This document shows, piece by piece, positions 26,360 to 34,059 of a stretch of DNA of 64,000 nt; position 1 is the stretch's first letter, and every line of letters starts with the position of its first letter. The stretch is from an uncultured Candidatus Peribacteria bacterium (GTDB lineage Bacteria > Patescibacteriota > Gracilibacteria > Peribacterales > Peribacteraceae). The notes beneath the pieces are model-generated. The model was not told the DNA's origin. It did no database searches and saw nothing but the letters and a program-made list of their open reading frames with translations. A program made the position numbers and the translations under genes. The stretch is taken from assembly GCA_964466635.1 (NCBI GenBank), contig CAYXNG010000001.1, forward strand, positions 42,958 through 106,957. The letters are read 5' to 3'.

Positions 26360-27409
26360 ATGGCGATTGAGCGGACACTGCGTACACCTCCGGTTACCAG
26401 CCCAGAAGTGCTTCCGGCGGAGGCGGAAGCACTGGAAGTGACGCTGCGTCCGCGGGTACTTGCGGAGTATATCGGTCAGCGGAAAATCAAAGAGCATCTG
26501 CTGGTGCACATCGGTGCTGCACGCAAGCGCACCGAGCCGCTTGGACATACGCTGCTCTACGGTCCTCCGGGCCTCGGAAAGACGACACTCGCACATATCA
26601 TTGCACACGAGATGGGATCGCAGATGCGCGTGACCAGCGGACCGGCGATCGAAAAGCCTGGTGACCTCGCATCGCTTCTCACAAATTTGGGAGAAGGGGA
26701 TGTCCTCTTTATTGATGAGATCCACCGCCTGCGTCCGGCGATTGAAGAAGTGCTCTACGGTGCGATGGAAGATTTCCTGCTCGATATTATGATCGGCAAA
26801 GGGCCGACTGCACGCTCGGTTCGTCTCAACTTGAAGCCGTTCACGCTGGTTGCCGCAACCACAAAAGCAGGATCGGTCAGCGCTCCGCTGCGTGACCGCT
26901 TCATGCATCAGTTCAAGTTGTCTTTCTATGAACCGCAGGAGATGTGCGACATCGTGCATCGTTCCGGCGACATCCTCGGTGTCCCGCTCGATGAAGATGC
27001 AGCATCGCTGATTGCCGGAGCCAGCCGCGCCACGCCGCGCATCGGCAATCGCTTGGTCCGCGCGGTCCGTGATTTTGCACAGATGCGCAACGAAGAGAGG
27101 GTTGATCACGCCTGTGTGAAGCGCACGCTGGACTCACTTGATATCGATCATGAAGGGCTCGATACAACTGATCGTTCATTGCTTCAAACCGTCGTCGATA
27201 CCTTCGGCGGCGGACCGGTGGGGCTCTCGACCCTCGCAGCTATTTTGGCCGAAGAGGAAGAGACGATCGAAGATTTGTACGAGCCGTTCCTGCTCCAGCA
27301 GGGCTACCTCCAGCGCACGCCGAAAGGCCGCATGGCGACCAAGAAGACGTACGAGAAGTTGGGGCGAGTGCTACCGCAAGAACTGCAGAATCAGCTGCCA
27401 CTCCTTTGA
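26360..27409 (+). CDS. ruvB: Holliday junction branch migration DNA helicase RuvB
   Basis: The motifs LRPRVLAEYIGQ, LLYGPPGLGKTTLA, DEIHRL and ATTKAG..SAPLRDRF are all present. Confidence 0.95.
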   Translation: MAIERTLRTPPVTSPEVLPAEAEALEVTLRPRVLAEYIGQRKIKEHLLVHIGAARKRTEPLGHTLLYGPPGLGKTTLAHIIAHEMGSQMRVTSGPAIEKPGDLASLLTNLGEGDVLFIDEIHRLRPAIEEVLYGAMEDFLLDIMIGKGPTARSVRLNLKPFTLVAATTKAGSVSAPLRDRFMHQFKLSFYEPQEMCDIVHRSGDILGVPLDEDAASLIAGASRATPRIGNRLVRAVRDFAQMRNEERVDHACVKRTLDSLDIDHEGLDTTDRSLLQTVVDTFGGGPVGLSTLAAILAEEEETIEDLYEPFLLQQGYLQRTPKGRMATKKTYEKLGRVLPQELQNQLPLL

Positions 27410-27558
27410 AGCTTGTTAGCTAGTTAGGCGATTAGCTGGTTAGCTTTTATGCGGAATATTTTTTTAAATGTACTACATGATTTTTAGCAGTTTGAGCTCT
27501 ACCACATACAAAAAAATCCTTGTAGAAGCTAACGAGCCAACTAGCTAACCAGCTACTT
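27410..27558. repeat. inverted pair of AGCT 8-mer arrays flanking an AT-rich spacer
   Basis: Left arm agcttgtt agctagtt aggcgatt agctggtt agctttt (27410-27448). Right arm agctaacg agccaact agctaacc agctactt (27527-27558). Confidence 0.7.
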
Positions 27559-27559
27559 C

Positions 27560-27814
27560 CTACAAAATCTCCCTCGCTAGCGGCACCGCATAGCGAACAG
27601 GTGAGCGCTTTTGAACGACTGTTTGGCGCAGTAAGCGGCGGGATACACGATGAACGTACACCAGTCGACCTTTGGCAAAGGCAGCCGGAGCCCCGACGGA
27701 GCTAATAGATGTCTTGCGCAGAAAACTATCGCTTGGACCCGATGCCGATGCTGCCACCGGTGCGGCCAGGGAGAGGATCGTAACCAGGCCGGCAAGGGTG
27801 CGTCTGATGTGCAT
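27560..27814 (-). CDS. hypothetical small secreted protein
   Basis: 84 aa ORF with a signal-peptide-like N-terminus (LAGLVTILSLAAPVAASA). Confidence 0.3.
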   Translation of the reverse strand: MHIRRTLAGLVTILSLAAPVAASASGPSDSFLRKTSISSVGAPAAFAKGRLVYVHRVSRRLLRQTVVQKRSPVRYAVPLAREIL

Positions 27815-27913
27815 GTCTTCTTCTCAACACAAAGAGTACACGAAGCAATTTTGTGTACAAGACACCTAGACCCCGTTCATTCGTTCTGTCTAGCTCAAAA
27901 ACAGCCTTCCGCA

Positions 27914-29053
27914 TCACGAAGCCATCAACTGGTCTATTTTTGTATGCAATTGTTGTTCGAACTCGGATCGACGGAACTTTGATGCCTGCTTTTGGCAGTT
28001 CTGTTCTGAGTATTTTTTGTGATCAAAATCCTGCAGAGTTTTCATCAATGAATCGACGGTTTGATCATCGAAGAAGGTTCCGGTCTCGTTATCAATGATG
28101 GTCTCAAGTGCGCCGCCACCGCGGTACGCGATGACCGGTGTGCCACACGCCATCGACTCAACAGGGACGAGGCCGAAGTCTTCCAGTCCAGGGAAGATGG
28201 TTGCCTGAGCGCCTGCATAGAGTGCGCGCAGTTCGTCCGTCGATCGGTATCCGAGAAACTCAATTGTTGGTCCGGCCATCCGTTGCAGTCGTCCGCGATC
28301 AGATCCGTCACCGACAATCTTCAGAGGAAGAGTGAGTTTGTTGCACGCCTCGATCACAAGATCGATCTGTTTGTAGCGGGCGAGAGTGGAGACGATCAGA
28401 AAGTACGGAGCCTCTAGTCTCTGGCCTCTAGCCTCTGGCTGTATGTTGTTACTCGTGGCTCGTGGCTCGTGGCTCGTGGCTACAAAAAACGAATTATCAA
28501 TTGGTGGATAGACGACATCACTCCTACGTTCCCAGTACAGTTCGATGCGGCGTTGGACTTCCTTCGATGCAGCCAGAATCATGTCTGCGCGTTGTGCGGC
28601 TTCGGTGTCCCAGACGCGGAGTGTGTGAAATGTCTGACTGAGATACCACCGTGCGAGTGGATTCGCTCTCTTTTGCACCGCATGTGTCTGGTCCCACAGG
28701 TAGCGAGCAGGGGAGTGAACGTAGCTGAGGTGTTTCGGCTTGCTGTTGGTGATAATGCCGTGGGCAAATGCCGAGCTGGAGCTGATCACCAGATCAAACT
28801 CGCTGAAATCCCACGACTCGACCGCTCGCGGAAACTTGTTCAGGTACAGATGATGGTTATGACCGAGGAAGGAGGAGCTAGGACCTAGCGTTGCTGTTCG
28901 TACGCGTTCGCTGGGAAACCAATCGCCCAACTTCTTTTTGTCGTAGAGCAGCGTGTAAATCGGCGCATCCGGGAACATATCGGCCAGAATGCGCAGGACG
29001 TTTTCGGCTCCGCCTTTCATCGTCAAAAGCTCATGAACTAACGCTACCTTCAT
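27914..29053 (-). CDS. glycosyltransferase family 4 (GT-B)
   Basis: The C-terminal domain carries EDFGLVPVESMACGTPVIAY. The gene contains the in-frame repeat cassette at 28409-28480. Confidence 0.85.
   Translation of the reverse strand: MKVALVHELLTMKGGAENVLRILADMFPDAPIYTLLYDKKKLGDWFPSERVRTATLGPSSSFLGHNHHLYLNKFPRAVESWDFSEFDLVISSSSAFAHGIITNSKPKHLSYVHSPARYLWDQTHAVQKRANPLARWYLSQTFHTLRVWDTEAAQRADMILAASKEVQRRIELYWERRSDVVYPPIDNSFFVATSHEPRATSNNIQPEARGQRLEAPYFLIVSTLARYKQIDLVIEACNKLTLPLKIVGDGSDRGRLQRMAGPTIEFLGYRSTDELRALYAGAQATIFPGLEDFGLVPVESMACGTPVIAYRGGGALETIIDNETGTFFDDQTVDSLMKTLQDFDHKKYSEQNCQKQASKFRRSEFEQQLHTKIDQLMAS
28409..28480 (-). repeat. in-frame bipartite heptamer-repeat cassette inside the GT4 gene
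   Basis: Sense strand: (agccacg)x4, spacer agtaacaacatac, then agccaga ggctaga ggccaga gactaga. It encodes ATSHEPRATSNNIQPEARGQRLEA. Confidence 0.8.
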
Positions 29054-29323
29054 GGCTATAGTGTGCCTTGTTTCTTTGGTCTACGGGAGGGATACTTCCA
29101 GCGGTCCTACTCCCAATGAGGAGTGTGGATGGGGGGATTAGATACCCTCCCACTCGATGCTGCATGGGGCTGAGCGTTTGACGCTCAAAAAGCCTCCAAG
29201 ACTGTGCTATGGATGCATGCGTCTTGTGTCCTGGCTACGCGCCAGGAACATCGAGAAAATCGGCTGTAGGGATTCCCCGATTATCAGCCGATAGCTCCAG
29301 AAGGCAGGCAGCAGCCTCTGGAG

Positions 29324-29572
29324 TTATTTTTTGATGAGTGATTCTTTTTTCTCTTTTTCCCACGTCTTCACCTCTGCCTCTCTTTTGCGCGCATCCGAAA
29401 GCGTCTCGAATTCCTCGGTATAGATAATCGACACCGGTCGTTTGCTGCGGGTGTATTTAGCGCCGGTACCATCGTTATGTTTGGCTTCGCGCTCCGCTAC
29501 GTTGATGCAGGTTCCTGCATAGAGCGAACCGTCGCTACACCGTGCTAAATAGAAGAAATGCGCCATCAACAA
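29324..29572 (-). CDS. GIY-YIG nuclease family protein (UPF0213/YhbQ-like)
   Basis: 82 aa. The segment FFYLARCSDGSLYAGTCINVAEREAKHNDGTGAKYTRSKRPVSIIYTEEF..ARKREAEVKTW matches the GIY-YIG pattern. Confidence 0.8.
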   Translation of the reverse strand: MLMAHFFYLARCSDGSLYAGTCINVAEREAKHNDGTGAKYTRSKRPVSIIYTEEFETLSDARKREAEVKTWEKEKKESLIKK

Positions 29573-29640
29573 TCAGTATAGCAGTGCGTGTCATAGTCTG
29601 GCTTTTCGTTCGTCGTATATTGTACCTTCTCCTCTTTGGT

Positions 29641-30477
29641 ATGTACCCATTTAGCACCCGCATTGTCGGCACTGTGATTGCACTCTCGACCTTTTCGGTT
29701 ACCGGGCTTATATATGCCCAGAGCAATGTTTCCTCGCCGTATACCGAGTGTGTCGCACCTCATGTTCGTCAGTATGAACAGTCGCTGCTCGACGTGAATC
29801 GCTCGTATGCCGATCAGCAGTTATCGTTCATGGAGCAGCGGGGGCAGGGGAGAATCAATGCGTGGACCATTCCGGAGCGATCACAGCGCAGTCGTGCCAT
29901 CCGCGATGTAGAGAGGGCTTATCGTGATGCGATGCGTAACTTAAACCGCTGGCTGCGCGATCAGGAACGAGCCATTCGCAACACGTTCCGCGATGCCGAG
30001 GACGCGTGTGATGATCAGTTCGATAACGATGTTGATGAAGGTGAAAGCTTCAGCAGCCAGTCCTTCTCCTCGTTCCGCTTCTCGTCCGCATCGTCATTCC
30101 AGTTCTCTTCGTTCGGATTTTCATCGTCCCGATCGAGTTCCTGGAGTACAGGCGCAATGTGCGGCAATGGACGGTGTGAACCCGGTGAAGGGTACGTGTG
30201 TCCACCGTGCGGGACGTATGGATGTGTGAATTCCTGTTACATCGGCAGTTGTCCGCAGGATTGCGGCATCACCAATCCGTACAGCAGCTCGTTGCGCTCA
30301 TCATCGCGCATAAGCTCCAGCAGAACATCGAGTTCGCGCAGCAGCAGCAGTTCATCGTGGGTGTTCTACCCCCATGAAGCATCCGGTCAGCAGACTAATA
30401 CGAATAGCTGCGCATGCGACATCGTCTGTGATCCGTCCGGCAGTCCGTGCATGGCGGTCTGTCCGAATGAGTGTTAG
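29641..30477 (+). CDS. secreted Ser-rich / Cys-rich hypothetical protein
   Basis: Signal-like N-terminus (start trimmed to the ATG at 29641), Ser-rich low-complexity tracts, and a C-terminal Cys-rich module (CGNGRCEPGEGYVCPPCGTYGCVNSC). Confidence 0.5.
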   Translation: MYPFSTRIVGTVIALSTFSVTGLIYAQSNVSSPYTECVAPHVRQYEQSLLDVNRSYADQQLSFMEQRGQGRINAWTIPERSQRSRAIRDVERAYRDAMRNLNRWLRDQERAIRNTFRDAEDACDDQFDNDVDEGESFSSQSFSSFRFSSASSFQFSSFGFSSSRSSSWSTGAMCGNGRCEPGEGYVCPPCGTYGCVNSCYIGSCPQDCGITNPYSSSLRSSSRISSSRTSSSRSSSSSSWVFYPHEASGQQTNTNSCACDIVCDPSGSPCMAVCPNEC

Positions 30478-30553
30478 TGGTGGGTCGGGCGGGACTTGAA
30501 CCCGCGACCAAAGGCTTAAAAGGCCTCTGCTCTACCGACTGAGCTACCGACCC
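30478..30553 (-). tRNA. tRNA-Lys(TTT)
   Basis: Hand-folded: acceptor GGGTCGG/CCGACCC, anticodon loop CTTTTAA, T-loop TTCAAGT, encoded CCA. Confidence 0.9.
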
Positions 30554-30609
30554 AAAATGTGAACCGAGTGAATGCTCAACTCACTCGACGAGCTTAATTG
30601 TTTTCTTTT

Positions 30610-30651
30610 CGGTTCCGCAAGCGGAACCGGGGCGACTGAGCTACCGACCCA
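30610..30651 (-). pseudogene. tRNA-Lys 5' fragment (through D-loop G18) fused to a CUUG-capped hairpin
   Basis: 19 nt at 30633-30651 are identical to 30536-30554 of the intact gene. On the tRNA strand they are followed by ccc and the hairpin cggttccgCTTGcggaaccg (30610-30629). Confidence 0.65.
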
Positions 30652-30675
30652 CAGGTTTGGCCCGCAGACTATAAA

Positions 30676-30876
30676 TCAATCCAATCCAATCACCAACTCG
30701 TCTTTGGTGATCACCAGGCGCCCCTCTTCGGTTAATGTGCGAAAATATCCCCGTTTGTAGCGGCTGACCGACCGGATCAGAGTATCCTGAACACGGACGA
30801 CTGATACCCAGCCTGGCCGCTGTGACTCCGCTGCAATGACTTCGTCGAGTGTGGCCGGCATCTTGAGGGTAAGCAT
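30676..30876 (-). CDS. hypothetical small protein
   Basis: ORF trimmed to an internal ATG to avoid the tatD start. The C-terminus is encoded by a caatc pentamer repeat. Weak call. Confidence 0.25.
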   Translation of the reverse strand: MLTLKMPATLDEVIAAESQRPGWVSVVRVQDTLIRSVSRYKRGYFRTLTEEGRLVITKDELVIGLD

Positions 30877-30948
30877 CACGTCAGTGTAGCACGCTTTGGT
30901 TTCTTTGTCATAGGAAAGGGCTGGTCGATGCGTGTACTCTGTGGAGCG

Positions 30949-31716
30949 ATGATTGATTCGCATTGCCACTTAGCCGACAAACAATTTGCAGAGGATTTTG
31001 ATGAGGTAATAGAGCGTGCGAAAGATGCGGGAATCGAGAAGATGATCACGATTGCCGATAGCATTCCCGAAGCACTCGCCTGTATCGAAATTGCTGAAAA
31101 GCATCCGCATATTTTCTGCACGGTTGGCGTGCATCCTCACAATGCAAAAGAGTGGAGCAGGGGAGACGGCGAGGTCTTGAAAGAGATGGTGAGCGGATCA
31201 AAGAAGGTTCGGGCGATTGGAGAGATCGGATTGGATTATCACTACGATCACTCGCCCCGCGCCGACCAGCGTGCAGTGTTTTTGGAGCAGCTGACTCTCT
31301 CACGCGAAGTAGGGCTTCCAGCAGTCGTGCACTGTCGTGAGGCGATCGCTGACATCAAGACAATCGTACGCGAAGTCGAACCGCTGCAGTTAGTACTGCA
31401 CTGCTGTACTGAAACATGGGACGATGTGCAGTGGCTCGTCGAACTCGGTCACTTCCTCTCGTTCACCGGTATCGCAACCTATCCGAATTCTGCGGCAATT
31501 CGCGAGACCATCAAGAACTGTCCACTTCATCAGCTGATGATTGAAACCGATGCGCCGTATCTGGCCCCTGTGCCACATCGCGGCAAGCGCAACGAGCCTG
31601 CATATGTCGTGGAAGTTGCCAAAGAAGTCGCGAAGCTTAAGGGTCTCAGTCTTGAGGAGGTTGATGCTGCGACGACCAAAAACGCGATAGAGTTTTTCGG
31701 CCTCCGTTCCGCTTAG
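30949..31716 (+). CDS. tatD: TatD-family metal-dependent hydrolase
   Basis: The motifs MIDSHCHL, GVHPH, GEIGLDYHY, HCREA and ETDAPYL are present. The start is trimmed to 30949. Confidence 0.85.
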   Translation: MIDSHCHLADKQFAEDFDEVIERAKDAGIEKMITIADSIPEALACIEIAEKHPHIFCTVGVHPHNAKEWSRGDGEVLKEMVSGSKKVRAIGEIGLDYHYDHSPRADQRAVFLEQLTLSREVGLPAVVHCREAIADIKTIVREVEPLQLVLHCCTETWDDVQWLVELGHFLSFTGIATYPNSAAIRETIKNCPLHQLMIETDAPYLAPVPHRGKRNEPAYVVEVAKEVAKLKGLSLEEVDAATTKNAIEFFGLRSA

Positions 31717-31766
31717 CTGGAACTACGGCCGACAGGTCGGCTGCTTGTGTTACACTGCGGTATCTT

Positions 31767-31843
<77 letters not shown>

Positions 31844-32074
31844 TTCCTGCCTGTCCGGCGTAGCTTGGAGAGCGTAGACGGGTCGGGGACACCATTGTAT
31901 ACGTGCCTGAATTGCTGATATGCACAAAAAGATGGCGGATTTCTAGTCAAAATACGAAAAGACAGGCACAGTCAGTGTTGTAAGCTTAGTTCTAGGTCAA
32001 AGAAGCACCCAACTTCTCACACATAGAGTTACGATTATATTCTATTCTATTCTATTCTTATCCGTTTTTTTCTT

Positions 32075-32272
32075 ATGGAAACAGGTTCTATCAAGAAGCT
32101 TCTCAATGGCTTCGGTTTTATTTCCCGCGAAGGCAAGGAAGATCTCTTCTTTCATGTTGCGGATCTTGGCGATCTGTCGTTCGACTCTCTGAAGGTGGGC
32201 GATGTATTGCAGTTTGAAGTAGGTTCCGGCCCTAAGGGTCCTAAGGCAAGCAACGTTACGATGGCCGCTTAA
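32075..32272 (+). CDS. cold-shock domain protein (CspA family)
   Basis: 65 aa with RNP1-like GFGFI and RNP2-like FFHV motifs. Confidence 0.85.
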   Translation: METGSIKKLLNGFGFISREGKEDLFFHVADLGDLSFDSLKVGDVLQFEVGSGPKGPKASNVTMAA

Positions 32273-32286
32273 TTCAGGGGCACCAT

Positions 32287-32325
32287 AAAGCACGCGGTGT
32301 AACAGCTGCGTGCTTTTTGTTTTTG
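32287..32325 (+). terminator. Rho-independent terminator after the csp gene
   Basis: Stem aaagcacgc / gcgtgcttt followed by a T-run. Confidence 0.6.
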
Positions 32326-32395
32326 GGCTTGTTTATGGCAAACCATAAACCCATTGCATCCAGATCCCGCGATCCGTAGGATACGTGAGCTCTTT

Positions 32396-32472
32396 GCGGA
32401 TGTAGCTCAATTGGCTAGAGCGACGCCTTGCCATGGCGTAGGTTGCGAGTTCGAGTCTCGTCATCCGCTCCA
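32396..32472 (+). tRNA. tRNA-Gly(GCC)
   Basis: Hand-folded: acceptor GCGGATG/CATCCGC, anticodon loop TTGCCAT, T-loop TTCGAGT, CCA. Confidence 0.9.
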
Positions 32473-32559
32473 AATATCAAATTTAGACGATTTTACGGGC
32501 TTTTTGACGGATTCTGGGACTCGCAAAAACAGCCGTTTTCTGCTATACTGGAGAGATTT

Positions 32560-33033
32560 ATGCCCGTGTTCCGTTTTGCTCCCATTGGCAGCTTCAAACG
32601 CCTAGCAGCAGGGCTCCTCTTGCTTGGTGTCTTACTGCCGATCATCGCATTCGCACAGGGAAATCCTCCGCAGAATCCTCAAAACCCGCCACAGAACAAC
32701 CAGCCGTTAGTCATCCCGCCGGCAAATCTCCCTTTGCTGCAGCCCCTCGATGACGATACGGGGTTTCTGACAATGACCAACGGCAATGACGCCCTGGAAG
32801 CGTTCATGGATTACTTCAACCTTAGCTGGCCGTGGATCATCGGAACGGCGGCAGGTGTCGCGGTACTGCAGGCGCTGATCGGCGGTATCCAGATCATGTT
32901 GTCCGGCTCAAACTCCGGCGCGCGCGAAGAAGGAAAAAGCAGATTGATGTGGGCTCTTGCGGGACTGCTGATGATCGGACTCTCGGGCATGTTCCTCGAA
33001 ATTCTGAACCCTCTCTACTTCCGCCAGGCATGA
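32560..33033 (+). CDS. T4SS pilin-like protein (TrbC/VirB2 family) with Pro/Gln-rich N-region
   Basis: Start ATG at 32560, after tatact and ggagag; the ORF-track start overlaps the tRNA. It has a signal peptide, PPQNPQNPPQNNQP repeats, then two TM helices joined by QIMLSGSNSGAREEGKSRLMW. Confidence 0.6.
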   Translation: MPVFRFAPIGSFKRLAAGLLLLGVLLPIIAFAQGNPPQNPQNPPQNNQPLVIPPANLPLLQPLDDDTGFLTMTNGNDALEAFMDYFNLSWPWIIGTAAGVAVLQALIGGIQIMLSGSNSGAREEGKSRLMWALAGLLMIGLSGMFLEILNPLYFRQA

Positions 33034-33587
33034 GTACGTCTTTTCTGGCACAGGCGGCGGTGCCCGATACACCTTGTACCGGACTGATCGGTTGCGGTGC
33101 GGCGGGTTCCAATGTGATTCTCAACAACATGCCGTCACTTGCGACGCTGATGCTGATTATCGCGGGTTCGACCGCGGTCTTCTTCATCGTCCTCGCGGGC
33201 TTCCGCATGGTTGCCGCGCTCGGCGATGAGGGGCAGATTGCGGATCAGAAGAAAGCGGTCCTTAACGTCCTGCTCGGTTTGGTGGCGGTCATCCTCTCGC
33301 AGGCGATTGTCGGATTCATCGGCACGCAGAACTACGGTCAGGGTAGCAACCCGCTCGACCTCTTCCTCAACTTGGTCGGGTTCGGTATTTCGATCCTGTT
33401 GACGGTCTTCAATGCGGCGGCCGTGATAGCCATCATCTATGCCGGCATCCGCATGGTCTATGCACAGGGCAAATCCGACGAATTCGCAAAGGGTAAAACG
33501 ATCATCACCTGGACCATCGGCGGCGCTGTGATCGCCAATCTTGCGAACGCACTTGTTCAGGCTCTTGCTGCCATCTTCGGTGTATGA
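33030..33587 (+). CDS. T4SS pilin-like protein, tandem two-module form
   Basis: ATGA overlap with the upstream gene. It carries two copies of the helix-loop-helix pilin module (FRMVAALGDEGQIADQKKAVL and YAGIRMVYAQGKSDEFAKGKTIITW). Confidence 0.6.
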   Translation: MSTSFLAQAAVPDTPCTGLIGCGAAGSNVILNNMPSLATLMLIIAGSTAVFFIVLAGFRMVAALGDEGQIADQKKAVLNVLLGLVAVILSQAIVGFIGTQNYGQGSNPLDLFLNLVGFGISILLTVFNAAAVIAIIYAGIRMVYAQGKSDEFAKGKTIITWTIGGAVIANLANALVQALAAIFGV

Positions 33588-33973
33588 AGCGCGTACTCCT
33601 TGCTCTCATCGGCTTCCTTGCCCCCGGCGTTTGTGCCGCGGATCTCTCCGACTGGGGCCAGAATAACCAGGGTGTTTCTCAGATGTGGCAGATTATCGAC
33701 AGCTCCCTCTACACGCAGGTTGCCGGCGGCGACGTCGTTGCGGCATTGACGTTCAGCGCGGTAAATTTCATTTTCCCGCTGATCTCTGCATCCGGTGTGA
33801 TTCTGATCATGTATGCAGGAATCAGAATGATCGCGTCACAAGGAAAAGATGATGATTTCACCCAAGGGAAGACGATCATTTTTTATGCTGCCGTTGGTAT
33901 TATTCTCTCGCTGATTGCGCGTAGTGCCATTCAGTTCTTCGTGCAGGGATTCCTGCCAGAGTTCTTGCGGTAA
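33584..33973 (+). CDS. T4SS pilin-like protein (TrbC/VirB2 family)
   Basis: ATGA overlap with the upstream gene, a signal peptide, and the loop YAGIRMIASQGKDDDFTQGKTIIFY between two TM helices. Confidence 0.6.
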   Translation: MKRVLLALIGFLAPGVCAADLSDWGQNNQGVSQMWQIIDSSLYTQVAGGDVVAALTFSAVNFIFPLISASGVILIMYAGIRMIASQGKDDDFTQGKTIIFYAAVGIILSLIARSAIQFFVQGFLPEFLR

Positions 33974-34017
33974 ACGATCTAAGGCCGATGAATCAGCGCG
34001 TCGTATGTTTTTGGTGT

Positions 34018-34039
34018 GGGGCATAGCGCGCTATGCCCC
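34018..34039. repeat. 22-bp perfect palindrome ggggcatagcgcgctatgcccc (copy 1 of 2)
   Basis: A 26-nt block, ggggcatagcgcgctatgcccctaca, is identical at 37536-37561. This copy lies just upstream of metG. Confidence 0.85.
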
Positions 34040-34059
34040 TACAAGATAGGATGTATGCC

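Noticed and set aside
26354-27109. 251-aa minus-strand ORF
   Set aside because: It is antisense to ruvB, which has Walker A/B and the RuvB signature. It is a shadow ORF.
29091-29146. 16S rRNA pseudogene or fragment
   Set aside because: Only 8-13 nt exact matches to universal 16S motifs are present, in non-collinear order and about 45 nt apart instead of about 440 nt. There is no extended rRNA-like sequence. I kept it only as a curiosity within the structured-spacer finding.
32428-32559. N-terminal extension of the first pilin ORF (ORF-track start 32428)
   Set aside because: It would be translated through tRNA-Gly(GCC). An internal ATG at 32560 has a tatact -10-like box and a ggagag SD, and is followed by a proper signal peptide.
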